Numbered from the stretch's first letter, positions 42,301-53,833 are shown. The stretch: DNA of 64,000 nt from Octopus bimaculoides (GCF_001194135.2 NC_068995.1:50946860-51010859), one strand, 5' to 3'. The notes: a model not told the origin generated them from the sequence alone. Translations and numbers: made by a program.

Positions 42301-44765
42301 AAAGAGCCAGTCAAATAATACACGACTGATACAATGGACAACGCCTTCTCCTCTTAAATATGTAGCATTATGCCCGAGTTAAAAATCATCTCCCCCTCCC
42401 ACCCACTCCTTTTCCGTTCGCCCACTTCTGCCTCTTTCTCTCCCACTCCTTTTGCCTTCTTTCCACCTCTTCCTGCCCCTCTCCCATTCCCTCTACTCCT
42501 GTCCCACCCCTTGCCTCTGTATCATGAGGGAACACGCCTATATCTTTTCTTCAATGTAGTCTTGTTTTTTGGATTTAAAAAAAAGAAGATAATAAGGTGT
42601 CATTTGATGGAGATTTGGCTGTTATTTCTACCAGCTTGAAGCATAAAACAAAGCCGGAAGGATCTTGATTCAGGATGTAGCTAGTCTAGTCATATCTATA
42701 TGGATCTGAGTCCCATGGCCAGTCATCCACTTTTTCCATTTTTTAACCCAATATTTACATTTTATCATTTATAGTCTTATCTACCTCCTTGAGTTCTGCC
42801 ATTAAAAATAACTAATTTAAAATTCTCTTGGTACATGTTTTTGGGACACGGCAAGCCAATGGTTATTCTGTGTGTTCACCATCTGATCCTGGCAGAAATA
42901 TTTCTCGTCTGAGAAAAACCAAAGCATGTTTGGTTGGAGGGGATGCTTCAGTTTGTTCAAAAGCTTCATAGCGTGGTCTTTCCTCTTGTTGACTTGGGAT
43001 AAATATTGGCCCTTTCTCATCTTCTCTACCTGCCTGATAAGAAACTCAGACACTCCCGTGTCCCTGGCAATGCATCTGATTGACTTGAAGGGATCGTTGT
43101 CAATCATGGCCTGGATCTCACCAACAAATTCAGGTGTTCTTTTCTTATCAGAACAATCAAAGTTAGGTTTCTGAGCTGCCGTACCTTCATACTCACCATT
43201 AGACTCATCCAACTCTTTCTGAATCCTCTGCACTGTCCTCAGATTGTCACCCAAATGCTCTGAAATGTTCATATTGGAGCTTCCGGTGTGAATGCCAAGC
43301 AGTGCAGCATATCATTTCCAAATTTCTGACAGAGTGAATTGTGTTATAGTGCTGTTTTTCTCACAGAGGGTGCCCAACTGACCCTGCTATACTGTGTAGT
43401 TAACAAAATCAAAACAAACAATGCACATGCATGAAATTAAAAGTATAAACAAGCGACAATTTACCCATCGCATCCTGCATGTGTGTGTGTGCATACATAT
43501 ATATTAATTCTTTTACACTGTTAGATTTTAGAAGTAAACATCCTGGGATATCTTTTTTAATGTATTTCTGTCAGACATTTTTCTGGGGTTTTTTTTTCAA
43601 ATTTGATTACGGCAAATGTCTCTGAAAGCAAACCTATTAAATACTGATACATGATTCCAAGTGGGTTATTAAAGTGTGAGGATTATGCATACAAAGCGCA
43701 GGGTCTTCTAATTAATTAAAAAAATATTTTATAAAAAATACTGGGGTGTTTTATTTATTTTTAGTTGCTTTTTTCCCCTGCATTTCTCTTTCTGTTTATA
43801 ACTGCTCTGTCTGCTTTCTGGTGGTTTATTATTCACTGCAGACCCAACATAAGGGAAGAGAAAAAAAAATCTGTCTAATTTCTGCTATCCTAATGGCATA
43901 TGAGGTATTAACAATTCCTTGTTTTCTGTTCAATATTTCCTTTCTTAGTCCATCATACCTTACACAGTATCTGCGTGTTGTCTCCTCTGTACCACATCTG
44001 TTTTCCTGTATTTGTTGAGCTTTCTTGTTAGTTTATTCAATTTTTCTCTCTATTCATTAATGTATTTTTAGATATTCTATGGTTTTATTATGCAGCAATA
44101 TCATCTGTTGTATATGTGAAAGGCTGTATGTATAGGATGATGATGGTGATAGTAGTGGGTGATGATGATTATGATGATAGTGTCGGTGATGATGGTGATA
44201 GTAGTGGGTGATGACGGTGATGATGATGTATATATTATCTGTTGTGTATATGCAGGTATCTATGTAGTTGATGGTTTAGCCTCTGTTTATAAAAGCATAT
44301 ATATACATGACAATAATTATACACATGTGTGTGGTTTGTATGTGTATGTGTGTGTATATGCATATTGCAGTAANNNNNNNNNNATCAAATAGGTTACATT
44401 ATTTATCAATATAAACCCCAAGAAGAAAGAAAACCTCCTGAAACATGATAGCAGCAGCATCTTTTATTTCTTTATCTTTATGTTATTGATGTTTCCATGC
44501 CTGTTCATCTGTCCAACCAGGTGTGTGTGTGTGTGTGTGTGTGTGTGTCTTCCTCTTCTGTTTATCTCGCTATTCCTCTCCGTTAATGTCCCAGTTGTAG
44601 CCAATTCAGTTCAATTCGGTTCATTGATGGTGTCCCAGAGTGAGGCATGAATGTCAAGCAATCCTATTCTTTTTTTTTAACCTTCCTTTTGTAAATCTCA
44701 CGCTTTGGATCCATCCTCATAGACACACCATCTTTCTTGTTTCTGTTGATATACATACATATAAT

Positions 44766-44835
<70 letters not shown>

Positions 44836-46363
44836 AGCACATACAAACTGGAGAAGATGGCAGGGATTTTGTTATATTTTCCCCGAATATTTGTAGGAAT
44901 CAAAGGAATTTATATTTCTCTTTATATTTTTAGGGGTTAAGAGATTTTGTGTTCTACTAATGTATCTCTTTCTGTATGTTTGTGTATATATATATACACA
45001 CACACACACACATGCACACCCACATATATATACTACAAGGAAGGCTACCTATGGAATAAAGAGAACTCAATACATGTATTGAATATATATATTTTTATGG
45101 GGGTGAGGAATTGATGGTACAAATTTTTTGCTGTTATTGAATAATTTCATAATTAGAGAACCNNNNNNNNNNNNNNNNNNNNNNNNNNNNNNNNNNNNNN
45201 NNNNNNNNNNNNNNNNNNNNNNNNNNNNNNNNNNNNNNNNNNNNNNNNNNNNNNNNNNNNNNNNNNNNNNNNNNNNNNNNNNNNNNNNNNNNNNNNNNNN
45301 NNNNNNNNNNNNNNNNNNNNNNNNNNNNNNNNNNNNNNNNNNNNNNNNNNNNNNNNNNNNNNNNNNNNNNNNNNNNNNNNNNNNNNNNNNNNNNNNNNNN
45401 NNNNNNNNNNNNNNNNNNNNNNNNNNNNNNNNNNNNNNNNNNNNNNNNNNNNNNNNNNNNNNNNNNNNNNNNNNNNNNNNNNNNNNNNNNNNNNNNNNNN
45501 NNNNNNNNNNNNNNNNNNNNNNNNNNNNNNNNNNNNNNNNNNNNNNNNNNNNNNNNNNNNNNNNNNNNNNNNNNNNNNNNNNNNNNNNNNNNNNNNNNNN
45601 NNNNNNNNNNNNNNNNNNNNNNNNNNNNNNNNNNNNNNNNNNNNNNNNNNNNNNNNNNNNNNNNNNNNNNNNNNNNNNNNNNNNNNNNNNNNNNNNGCTG
45701 GACAGTAAGAATATCAATAAATTTCACATTCCACTTATTCATCAATTCCATTCTGCATGGGAGACTGGGGTTGGGTGTGTGTGTGTGTGTGTGTGTGTAT
45801 GGGTGGCGATGGTGGGGGGGGGCAGATGTGAAGACTGTGAGAAAGAGTAGGAGCTCTATGTATGCTTGTGTATATGTGTGTGAGAGAGAGAGAGATGGGG
45901 GAGGAGATAGAGAAGGTTTTATTACTACCTGTTACTAATATTGAATATATATCACCAAAATATATTGTATAGAGGGACAAATACATAACAACAAATAAAC
46001 CACACTTTGCACCATCATTACACTGAGCTTTGATACTGGTTTTCAAAGACAAATATATCTTATCAACATCTTTTGTAAGAGTATACACACATACACACAC
46101 TCGTGTGTATGTGTGTGTCTGTATAAATATGTGCGATTGTTTGGTTAAAAAGCTGGCTTCCTGACTATGTGGTCTTGGGTTCTGACCCATTGTGCGGCAC
46201 CTTGGGCAAATGTCTTCTACAATAGCCCTCAGGCCGTCTACAGTCTTGTGATTGGATCTGGTTGGCAGAAACTGAAAGAAACCCACTGTGTGTGTGTGTG
46301 TATACACAGTAGTACCTCAGTTTTCAAACAATTCTGATCACAAATAAATCATGCTTTATATAT

Positions 46364-46432
<69 letters not shown>

Positions 46433-46826
46433 TGTGTATTTCTTCTATCTTAATGAATAAAAATTCTTCTGATAGAATAAATGGGTTAATAGAAACCAAT
46501 GTAGCAAAGAACACAAAATAACTGTGGTTTAGTTCCTGTTTTTAAGGCAGGAACTCCTTGAAATTTTGGGTATTTGAGTATATTTAAGAATTTAAGGATT
46601 GGAGAAAACGCATGTTATAATTGCATACTTTATTCCTACATATGTTTTAAAGGATTACAACCTGTGTGATCCATAGGGATCTTTGATATTAAAATTGTAA
46701 ACTTCTCATCAGGGAAAGCATGGGAATCATCTTAAACGTAAGACATTATGACCGATTATCTATATATATATATATATAAATCACAATTTATTCGTGATCA
46801 GAGGCGTTTGTAAACCAAGGTTCTAC

Positions 46827-46868
<42 letters not shown>

Positions 46869-49800
46869 CATACACTCATGCACACAGATACTCATGAGTG
46901 TGCTTGTACTCTTGTCTAGACATGATGTGGGGTCTTTAAATGTGGATGACTGACGTACAAGGAAGGTTGTGCATTTCCAGTCCTCGTTGAAAAACCTTGT
47001 TTCTTTCATTGTTTCTCTCTGTATATTTGTCTCTAGTTAGCTTTTTAATACTTCAAGAATGAAATATGTTAATACTAACTTGACTATTGTTTTTTCATGC
47101 ATTTGGTGCTCCTGAGTAATTATTTACAGTGTCTATTTGGGTGTTTTACAATTTTAAGTTGTTAGGGTCGTTAACATTGTAATGAGCTGAAGGTAAATTC
47201 AGTCTCATAGCCATAAAGTAATTAAGTAATTAACTGTCATTATAAAAATCTGCTCAGGTTTGTCATATCTGACTTTAGGTATTAGACACCTTGTAATTTA
47301 GCAGATGAAGTGGACAACTAATGTGTTTTTGTTAATGAAACTGCACGTAGTATGACGTAAAGAGGAAAGATAATCTATTGATATTAGATCACTTTTACTG
47401 TCCTCACAATAAACTAATTAACAGGTAATAAACTGATTAGTTATTATATTTCGTTGGTGATTTACAACCAGAATCTTCCCTCCTCATTTCTTATCATAGC
47501 ATCATCATCATCATCATCATAATTTTCTTTACTCTTCCACACAGGCATGGATTGGATGCGTCTTTTGAGGTTGTGTTTGATGCTTGGATACATTTCCTGT
47601 TACCATACCTTTTAGTTGTATGTTACAACATGTAGAGATACGGTGTATTCAGTACAAAAATAAAATACACAGCATCATCATCATCATCATCATCATATGT
47701 CTGTTTTCCATACTGGCATGGGTTGGACGGTTTGACAGGTGCTGGAGAGCTGCACCAGGCTCCAGCTGTCTGTTTTGGCTTGGTTTCTATGGCTGGATGC
47801 CCTCCTTACAAAGTTTTATAATGTCCAAGGAGCATTTTTCTTCTCTTTTTAAAACGCACCAAAAGAAACAAGTTTTAGAATGAAACAACCCAGTGAGGTT
47901 TTGGATGAGGAAATCTCTACATTGTTGCTTGACATTTTAAAAATAGCAGCCAGTTCTCTCTCAGATCACACCTTACCATACCAAAAATAAAAGGGAAGGA
48001 AGCAAAGAATAATGTCGTTTTAGATAAAATAAAACAGGATAGCTGTGGATGGAACCACTTTAATCACATATTTATTCAATCAAAACTAACTGATGCTTAG
48101 CAACAACATTGACAACAGCAACAATTTTAGAAAGAAGATATCCAAAGATATATTCTTATCAAAGTTTTCCTGTAGACCTAGGTTAAATATGGATTTTCAA
48201 ATTCAGATATTCTCAAAGATGGATTCTATTGAAGTTATCTTCACACTTCTAAATCCTCATCATTTCATGTCCACTTTCCCATGCTTGGATGGGTTGGATG
48301 GTTCAACAAGACCCAACAGGTCTGAGGATTATACTTTGTTCCAGTGTCTCAGAGAAGTGTATAGCTTAGTAAGAGGAGGAGGGGCAGCTCCAACCCCCAA
48401 CGAAGACTTTTATTTATGCAAGACCTCAGAGACTAGTAACAGGAAGAGAGAGAAGGGAGGAAGAAACCTATGAGTCTTGAGATAGGAGATCTAATCTGTG
48501 TGTTTGCAACTTCTCAAAAGCTGCAGATGGAAGGCCTTTGGTCATAGGATTACACAATGACATGGTGGCTAAGCAACAACAACAACACACACACACATGC
48601 ACTTATAAATGTGAGACCTATGCAAGAACTTATTTACAGATCTTAAACAAGACTCGAGTGAATCTCTTTGTAAATAACATCTCATTATTTAAGTTAAATC
48701 ATAAGTGTCAAATAGAAAAATCTCATTGCTCATTTACCATTTCTTCTTATTCCAGATCAGTACAAGTAATCTACAAGACCAGCGACGGGGATCTCTCTCC
48801 AGTTCTGCTACTAGTCTTCCTGGAAATGTCACCGAAGCCCATTTGAAATATGAAAATGATAGGTTAAAGTTGGCATTAGCCCAAAGGTAAGTTTTGTATG
48901 GAAGTTGTTATCATTAAGCATGCATGTAAGGTGGTAAGCAGGTAGAGTCGTTAGCATACCGGGCAAAATAGCAAAATGTTTTGTGTCGTTTTCATCCATG
49001 GCATTTCATCTGTCATGTTCTGAGTTCAAAGTTCGCTGAGGTTGACTTTGACTTTCGTCCTTTGGAGGTCAATAAGTTAAGTACCAGTTATGCACTGGGG
49101 TCAATGGAATTGACTTAACCATTCCCCTGAACTAGCTGGCCTTGTACCAAAATTTGAAACTATACATGCGTGTTTCACACACACACACGTTGACTTTCTG
49201 TTCACTGATAGTCCAGAACCTCTTATAATCTGCACTAATTCAGATGTCTGTATCGCTTCACCATCTATCTGCCATCTCGTCTCTGCTGTTTCTCAGTGCT
49301 CTCTCTCTCTAAGTAGCTAAGGTGCACTGAATTTACACTGATGGCTAGGCTCTGAAAGAAACACACGAAAAGATTAAAATATTGTTGGAGCCAGATTAAA
49401 ATATTGATTGATCAGATTTGTTTTGATCATGTGGGTAATATTCTGGTGAATCGCCACATCAAATATAATGATCTGATTGCTGAATATTCCCACTACACAT
49501 GTTAGCTGAAACTTTTTACTTGTAGAATATAGATAAAAATGAAGAAAATTTGCAGAACTGTTTGGTATTAGTACTCTTTGTCTCTCTGCTGCTTGTCTTA
49601 TTTTGTCTGTCTGTCTGTCTTATCTTGTTTTATTTTGTCTGTTTTGGAAAATGGTTAGTATTTCAGATGTTTACTGTTTCTTTATTTTAGTTCAACAAAC
49701 ACCAAAAAATGGGAAATTGAGCTGCAGACATTGAAAGCCAACAACCAAAGATTGACGACAGCCCTTCAAGAGAGCACAGCAAATGTTGAAGAATGGAAAA

Positions 49801-50310
49801 AACAACTAGCAGCTTACAAAGAGGAAAATGCCCGACTCAAAAAACGGGTACGGAGAAAATATTTGGTTTATTCAGAGAATCTTCCAGACTAATTAACTCT
49901 ATCTAATTATCTCAAATGAACCTTTACAAGATTCCCACCTAATGGCTGTGTGGTTAAGAGGCCTGCTTTCCAATGGTTCAGTCCCACTGTGGTGCACCTT
50001 GGGCAAGTATCTTCTACTATGGCCCTGGGCCAACCAAAGCCTTGTAAATGGATTTTGGGTGACAGAAACTGAAAGAAGACCATCGTGTGTGTGTGTTTGT
50101 TTGTTTGTCCTTGTCTTGGCATTGCATTATAATTTTTGTATATCTAGAACTACATCATCATTTCAAAATTGCTAGTCTTGTGTCTACATTAGAAAATTCT
50201 TCTTCTTCCTGCAAACTAGTAGAATCATTAGCACATTTGGGAAAGCACTGAGCACTGGGGTCGTTAGTCCCACCCCCACCAAAATTTCAGGCCTTGTGCT
50301 GTTAGTAGAA

Positions 50311-50342
<32 letters not shown>

Positions 50343-52396
50343 TACAAGTAGTAGCAGCAGCAGCAGCAGTATTCATCATCATCATCATCATCGTTTAACG
50401 TCCGCTTTCCATGCTAGCATGGGTTGGACGATTTGACTGAGGACTGGTGAAACCGGATGGCAACACCAGGCTCCAATCTAAATTTGGCAGAGTTTCTACA
50501 GCTGGATGCCCTTCCTAACGCCAACCACTTCATTTTGAGTTCATGCTTCATATTCTGGTTTGAATTCCTACTGAGGTTAGCTTTGCCTTTCAACCTTTCA
50601 GGGTTGATAAAATAAAGGTCCAGTCAAGTCCTAAGGCTGCTGGCCTTGTACCAAAATTAGAAAGAATTATTATAATTAAAGTGGCAAACTGGCAGCATGT
50701 TTGCCTCTCCGACAAAATGCTTAGTGGCATTTTGTCCGATTCATTATGTCCTGAGATCAAATTCTGCTGAGGTCAGCTTTGCCTTTCATCTTTTCAGTGT
50801 TGATAAAATAAGGATCAGTTAAGCACTGAAACCAATGCAATCAACTGGGCCCCTCCCCCAGCAGTTCAGGCCTTGTGTCTATATTAGAAAGAATTAGAAG
50901 CCAGAAAGCTGGCAGAATCTTTATAGTACCAGACAAAATGTTTGACAGTATTTCTGCCAGCTTTTTGAGTTCAAATACTATCAAAGTTGACTTTTCCGTT
51001 CATCAATGAAATAAATGCCATTTGAGCACTGGGGTCAAGATACTCAACTAACCCCTTCCCAATAAAAAAATTCCTGGCTTTGTGCCCAAATCTGAAGGAA
51101 TTATTGTTTTCTTGGCAATATTGTATATTTATTTGCTATCATGGTTGGTTGGAATTAATCTTGTTTATATCTACGTCTCAAAAAATATTCTTTCAAAACA
51201 TTTAAATTGTCTTAACATTTATATCTTTTTTTTTTCTTTTCTTTCTTCATTCATCTAATTAGTTTTTTGTTTTCTTTCTTTTTTTTTCAAATTTTCTTTT
51301 CTTTGAAAGGTTCAAGAATTAGAATCTTTACCAATGTCTTCAGAACAAAGTAATAATTTAGTAAAAGCAGAACTGTCACAAGTAACTTCCCGTTTAAACC
51401 AGGTGCAATTAGATTCTTCAAACAAGATGCAGGTAAAATGGCTACATTCTATATTGTGTGTGTGTGTGTGTGCATCTCTTTGCATGGACAGTACTTCAGA
51501 GGAGACTTTGTACATGTCTCCCAGTTACACAACAACATATGAAGATGTGAAATAAAGGACTTTACTTGAAAAACAAGTAAAGGGCTGGTGACAATATATC
51601 GCCCCAAGAAGTCTTGTCCAACCCTTACCAGTGGATGCAAAAATGGTGATGTTAATGTTGATTAGTAGTTATCAACTACAGCTCCCAGGGCTGCATGTAG
51701 CCTTCAAGCATCCTTATGGCTGCCCCCGACAGTCTTCTCTCTATAAATATAATAAATTTTCCTTTAATTGATTTGTGTTTTACTTTTTTTGGTATGGCCC
51801 TCTAAAAAGGTCCAGGTTTTGGATCTGGCCCAGATATTAAAAAGGTTGAGCACCAATGATGTTGATGATGTGTCTAATGAGTTTCTTTTTCATTGTTTCA
51901 CAGGAAATTGAACATCTTCATCGACGTATTAAAGAATTATCAAATGCAGAAGCTGAAAATGCTATTCTCCAGGCTAAAATACAGGTAAAATAATTAAATA
52001 CAAATCTAAACAAATTCTTGTGACTTCTTTTGTGTCGATAAAGAAGGCAAGTATGCATAACTAAAATGGTTCAGGCTAACCAGGCAACCAGCTGTGTGGT
52101 CAAAAGTTGTTTACCAACTTTTGTGTTTGAGTCTTAGACCAAGAGACTTAACTCTCTAATGAACCAATCTGTCTAGAAATAGGTCCCATGGAGTAGGGAC
52201 AGCAAGTTGCTGTAAACTGTGACAAAGGTCATCTGTGAAACCCTGAGATTTTGTCCAGAATGAGGGTTGCTTCTGACTCTTTTAACACCACAGAAACTAG
52301 GGATAAACAAGGAGTTCCGTCAAACACTTGAACGGACAATAACTTATCAGTGCTATTCATATTATGATGATGGCAAAACTAAACCCCCATACTTTG

Positions 52397-52456
<60 letters not shown>

Positions 52457-52872
52457 AGATAGCTTCTTTCAGTTTCCATCTACCTAATCCACTTGCAAGG
52501 TTTTTGTCGGCCTGAGGCTATAGCAGAAGACACTTGCCCAAGTTGCCACACAGTGGGACTGAACCCGGAACCATGTGACTGGGAAGCAAGCTTCCTACCA
52601 CACAGCCACACCTGTAAATTGACCTGTAAATATCTTTGTGTCATTAAAACCTTTCCATTTGTTTTCTTTTGCAGAAAATAGATTCTGATAAAGAGAAAGC
52701 TACAGTGAAGGCCGAAAATCTACAGCGATTGTTGAATGAAGCGAAATCCACTTATGAACTCGAGAATAACGAAGTACTTGAATTGCACAACCAGCTTAGC
52801 AAACAGCTGAAAGAATCACTGGAACTGCAGGAACTTATTGTTGCTACTGTGAAGAGAGAATCTCAAAGTTAA
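26644..52872 (+). CDS. homer: Homer family scaffold protein (EVH1 + hinge + coiled coil), spliced CDS of 8 visible exons; first coding exon (about 5 nt, ATG-GG) not located. Predicted about 382 aa if exon 1 encodes only MG
   Basis: Manual splicing of 26644-26803, 33329-33460, 35480-35641, 48756-48886, 49691-49847, 51310-51432, 51904-51984 and 52675-52872 gives one open frame with GT-AG at every junction. Homer hallmarks: [75 protein letters not shown]. Confidence 0.96.
29009..29272. mobile_element. Internally deleted fold-back element related to the 40.2-kb element
   Basis: About 58-bp inverted arms (29009-29066 / 29215-29272) with the same terminal motif ATGACCATCCC(C/A)AAATACAA; partial hammerhead motifs inside. 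Confidence 0.72.
30480..30910 (+). mobile_element. 3' end of a second RTE-clade LINE family (decayed)
   Basis: Frameshifted [10 protein letters not shown]...[18 protein letters not shown]...TWKPEGGK...PRTTWQRTI...ALCAS, followed by a GAAGTAAGT tail. Confidence 0.78.
32308..32420. repeat. Compound (TCTA)n/(TCTG)n tetranucleotide microsatellite
   Basis: Directly visible. Confidence 0.92.
33329..33460 (+). CDS. homer: Homer coding exon 3 (132 nt): [44 protein letters not shown]
   Basis: TTTTCAG acceptor, GTAAGC donor; diagnostic Homer EVH1 motif [11 protein letters not shown]...VYGLGF. Confidence 0.97.
35480..35641 (+). CDS. homer: Homer coding exon 4 (162 nt): [54 protein letters not shown]
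   Basis: TTTCAG acceptor, GTAAGT donor; starts with the EVH1 C-terminal helix (F..F.EVK), then a low-complexity hinge. Confidence 0.9.
37498..37918. mobile_element. hAT-type MITE with perfect 8-bp target-site duplication
   Basis: TIR-like CAGGGCCAGATTAA / TTAATCCAGCACAG; GTCACCAC at both 37490-37497 and 37919-37926. Confidence 0.85.
38360..39340 (-). mobile_element. 5'-truncated RTE-clade LINE (ORF2 C-terminal part + 3' UTR + (GAT)n tail), with an N-gap inside
   Basis: Minus-strand translation [36 protein letters not shown]...[41 protein letters not shown] is typical RTE post-RT sequence; 3' UTR at 38360-38592 ends in ATC/GAT repeats. Confidence 0.9.
40175..40631. mobile_element. Fold-back element: about 200-bp inverted arms with a spacer of about 55 bp and hammerhead-like motifs in both arms
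   Basis: 40175-40375 is reverse-complementary to 40432-40631 (the ORF track shows [12 protein letters not shown] on both strands); CTGAAGA-G-GTCACA(ggtg)TGTGAT-GAAA-GATTTC at 40477-40510. Confidence 0.8.
41560..41990 (-). mobile_element. Older decayed RTE LINE copy (3' UTR + ORF2 remnant)
   Basis: 41830-41985 aligns by eye with 39065-39220; 41560-41720 is the same 3' UTR family. Confidence 0.7.
42820..43477 (-). mobile_element. Tc1/mariner (maT/DD37D-like) transposon, 3'-truncated and internally deleted
   Basis: HTH region ([19 protein letters not shown]), KMRKGQ, and [25 protein letters not shown] containing the first catalytic D; putative left TIR CAGGATGCGATGGGTAAATTGTCG at 43477. Confidence 0.85.
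46307..46828. mobile_element. Tigger/pogo-like MITE bounded by about 43-bp inverted termini
   Basis: CAGTAGTACCTCAGTTTTCAAACAATTCTGATCACAAATAAAT versus reverse complement of 46786-46828 CAGTAGAACCTTGGTTTACAAACGCCTCTGATCACGAATAAAT. Confidence 0.65.
48756..48886 (+). CDS. homer: Homer coding exon 5 (131 nt, phase 0 to 2): [43 protein letters not shown](S)
   Basis: TTCCAG acceptor, AG|GTAAGT donor; [15 protein letters not shown] is the conserved start of the Homer coiled coil. Confidence 0.93.
49691..49847 (+). CDS. homer: Homer coding exon 6 (157 nt, phase 2 to 0): [52 protein letters not shown]
   Basis: TTTTAG acceptor, GTACGG donor; strong match to the Homer coiled-coil motif. Confidence 0.95.
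51310..51432 (+). CDS. homer: Homer coding exon 7 (123 nt): [41 protein letters not shown]
   Basis: Long pyrimidine tract + AAG acceptor, CAG|GTAAAA donor; V.ELE start as in Homer; heptad pattern. Confidence 0.88.
51662..51859. mobile_element. Degenerate hAT-like MITE just upstream of Homer exon 8
   Basis: Right end AAAAGGTTGAGCACCAATG resembles a Charlie-type TIR; left end decayed. Confidence 0.4.
51904..51984 (+). CDS. homer: Homer coding exon 8 (81 nt): [27 protein letters not shown]
   Basis: TTTCACAG acceptor, CAG|GTAAAA donor; open in phase 0; EIE.L start as in vertebrate Homer exon 8. Confidence 0.88.
52675..52872 (+). CDS. homer: Homer terminal coding exon 9 (198 nt including TAA): [65 protein letters not shown]
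   Basis: TTTTGCAG acceptor; leucine-zipper-like heptads; matches supplied ORF 52669-52872. Confidence 0.87.
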   Translation, partial: KIDSDKEKATVKAENLQRLLNEAKSTYELENNEVLELHNQLSKQLKESLELQELIVATVKRESQS

Positions 52873-53432
52873 CAACACACTATCTCCGAAAGGATTGTGA
52901 CCGAGATTGTTTGTTTTGACACTGCTTTGAATATCTGTGCAATAGCCGTGCGTTTTGTTGGCTGTGAATGACACATTGATATCAGCTATCAATAACGGCT
53001 ATGTTCACAGGATAAGTGTTGACTAAACTATAGTGAACAATATAAAGCAGGTGTTTACCTGATGGAGTAATTAAAGGTATTGATCTGAGTAAAAGTTGAC
53101 TCAGACAACAATAACAGTAACAACAACAAAATTATTTTTTAATATGAGAATAGCATAAATTGTAAAAAAAAAAAGAAAATCAAAAATAACATTGCTTAAA
53201 AGAAAAGGAATTTTCAACAATTAGAAGAATGTATGATTTTTTGAAGACAGATAAAACATTTCTACATTTTTTATACTTAATTATGGGTCAAAAGAGTGCT
53301 CAAAATTAATTTTTTCTTTTTTAAATATGTGTGTGAATGTGTTATGTATAATATTGAATGCTATATGACTGGTTGTGTGTTTAATGCTACACAGGAAAAA
53401 CCTAACAAAAACATGGCGATAGAAAAGTAATT

Positions 53433-53435
<3 letters not shown>

Positions 53436-53485
<50 letters not shown>

Positions 53486-53788
53486 TCAATGCTATGAATA
53501 TGCTGCATGTAATCATATGAAGGACATGTATTACTAGAGACAGGAGGGTATGTGCACTCAAAGAATGGACAGCAGTACTGTCCATGTGTGTGAGAAAGAA
53601 AGAGAAAGGGAAAGAAAAAAGTGAATTTACATGTTGCATATGTTGTAACTAAGAACTAGAACAACTTGAAGAAGAAGAAAAAAAGTGTTTGATCTGCCTT
53701 CTCTCCTTTTGTCATGTTTTGGTTTTATTTTTGCTTTCCTTTGTACCAAAACAAATTCTTCTTTCAAAGAAAGAAGAAACGAATATAG

Positions 53789-53833
<45 letters not shown>
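53436..53833. repeat. Two (TG)n arrays (53436-53483 and 53791-53833) in the putative Homer 3' UTR
   Basis: Directly visible 0.6-1 kb after the stop codon. Confidence 0.9.
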
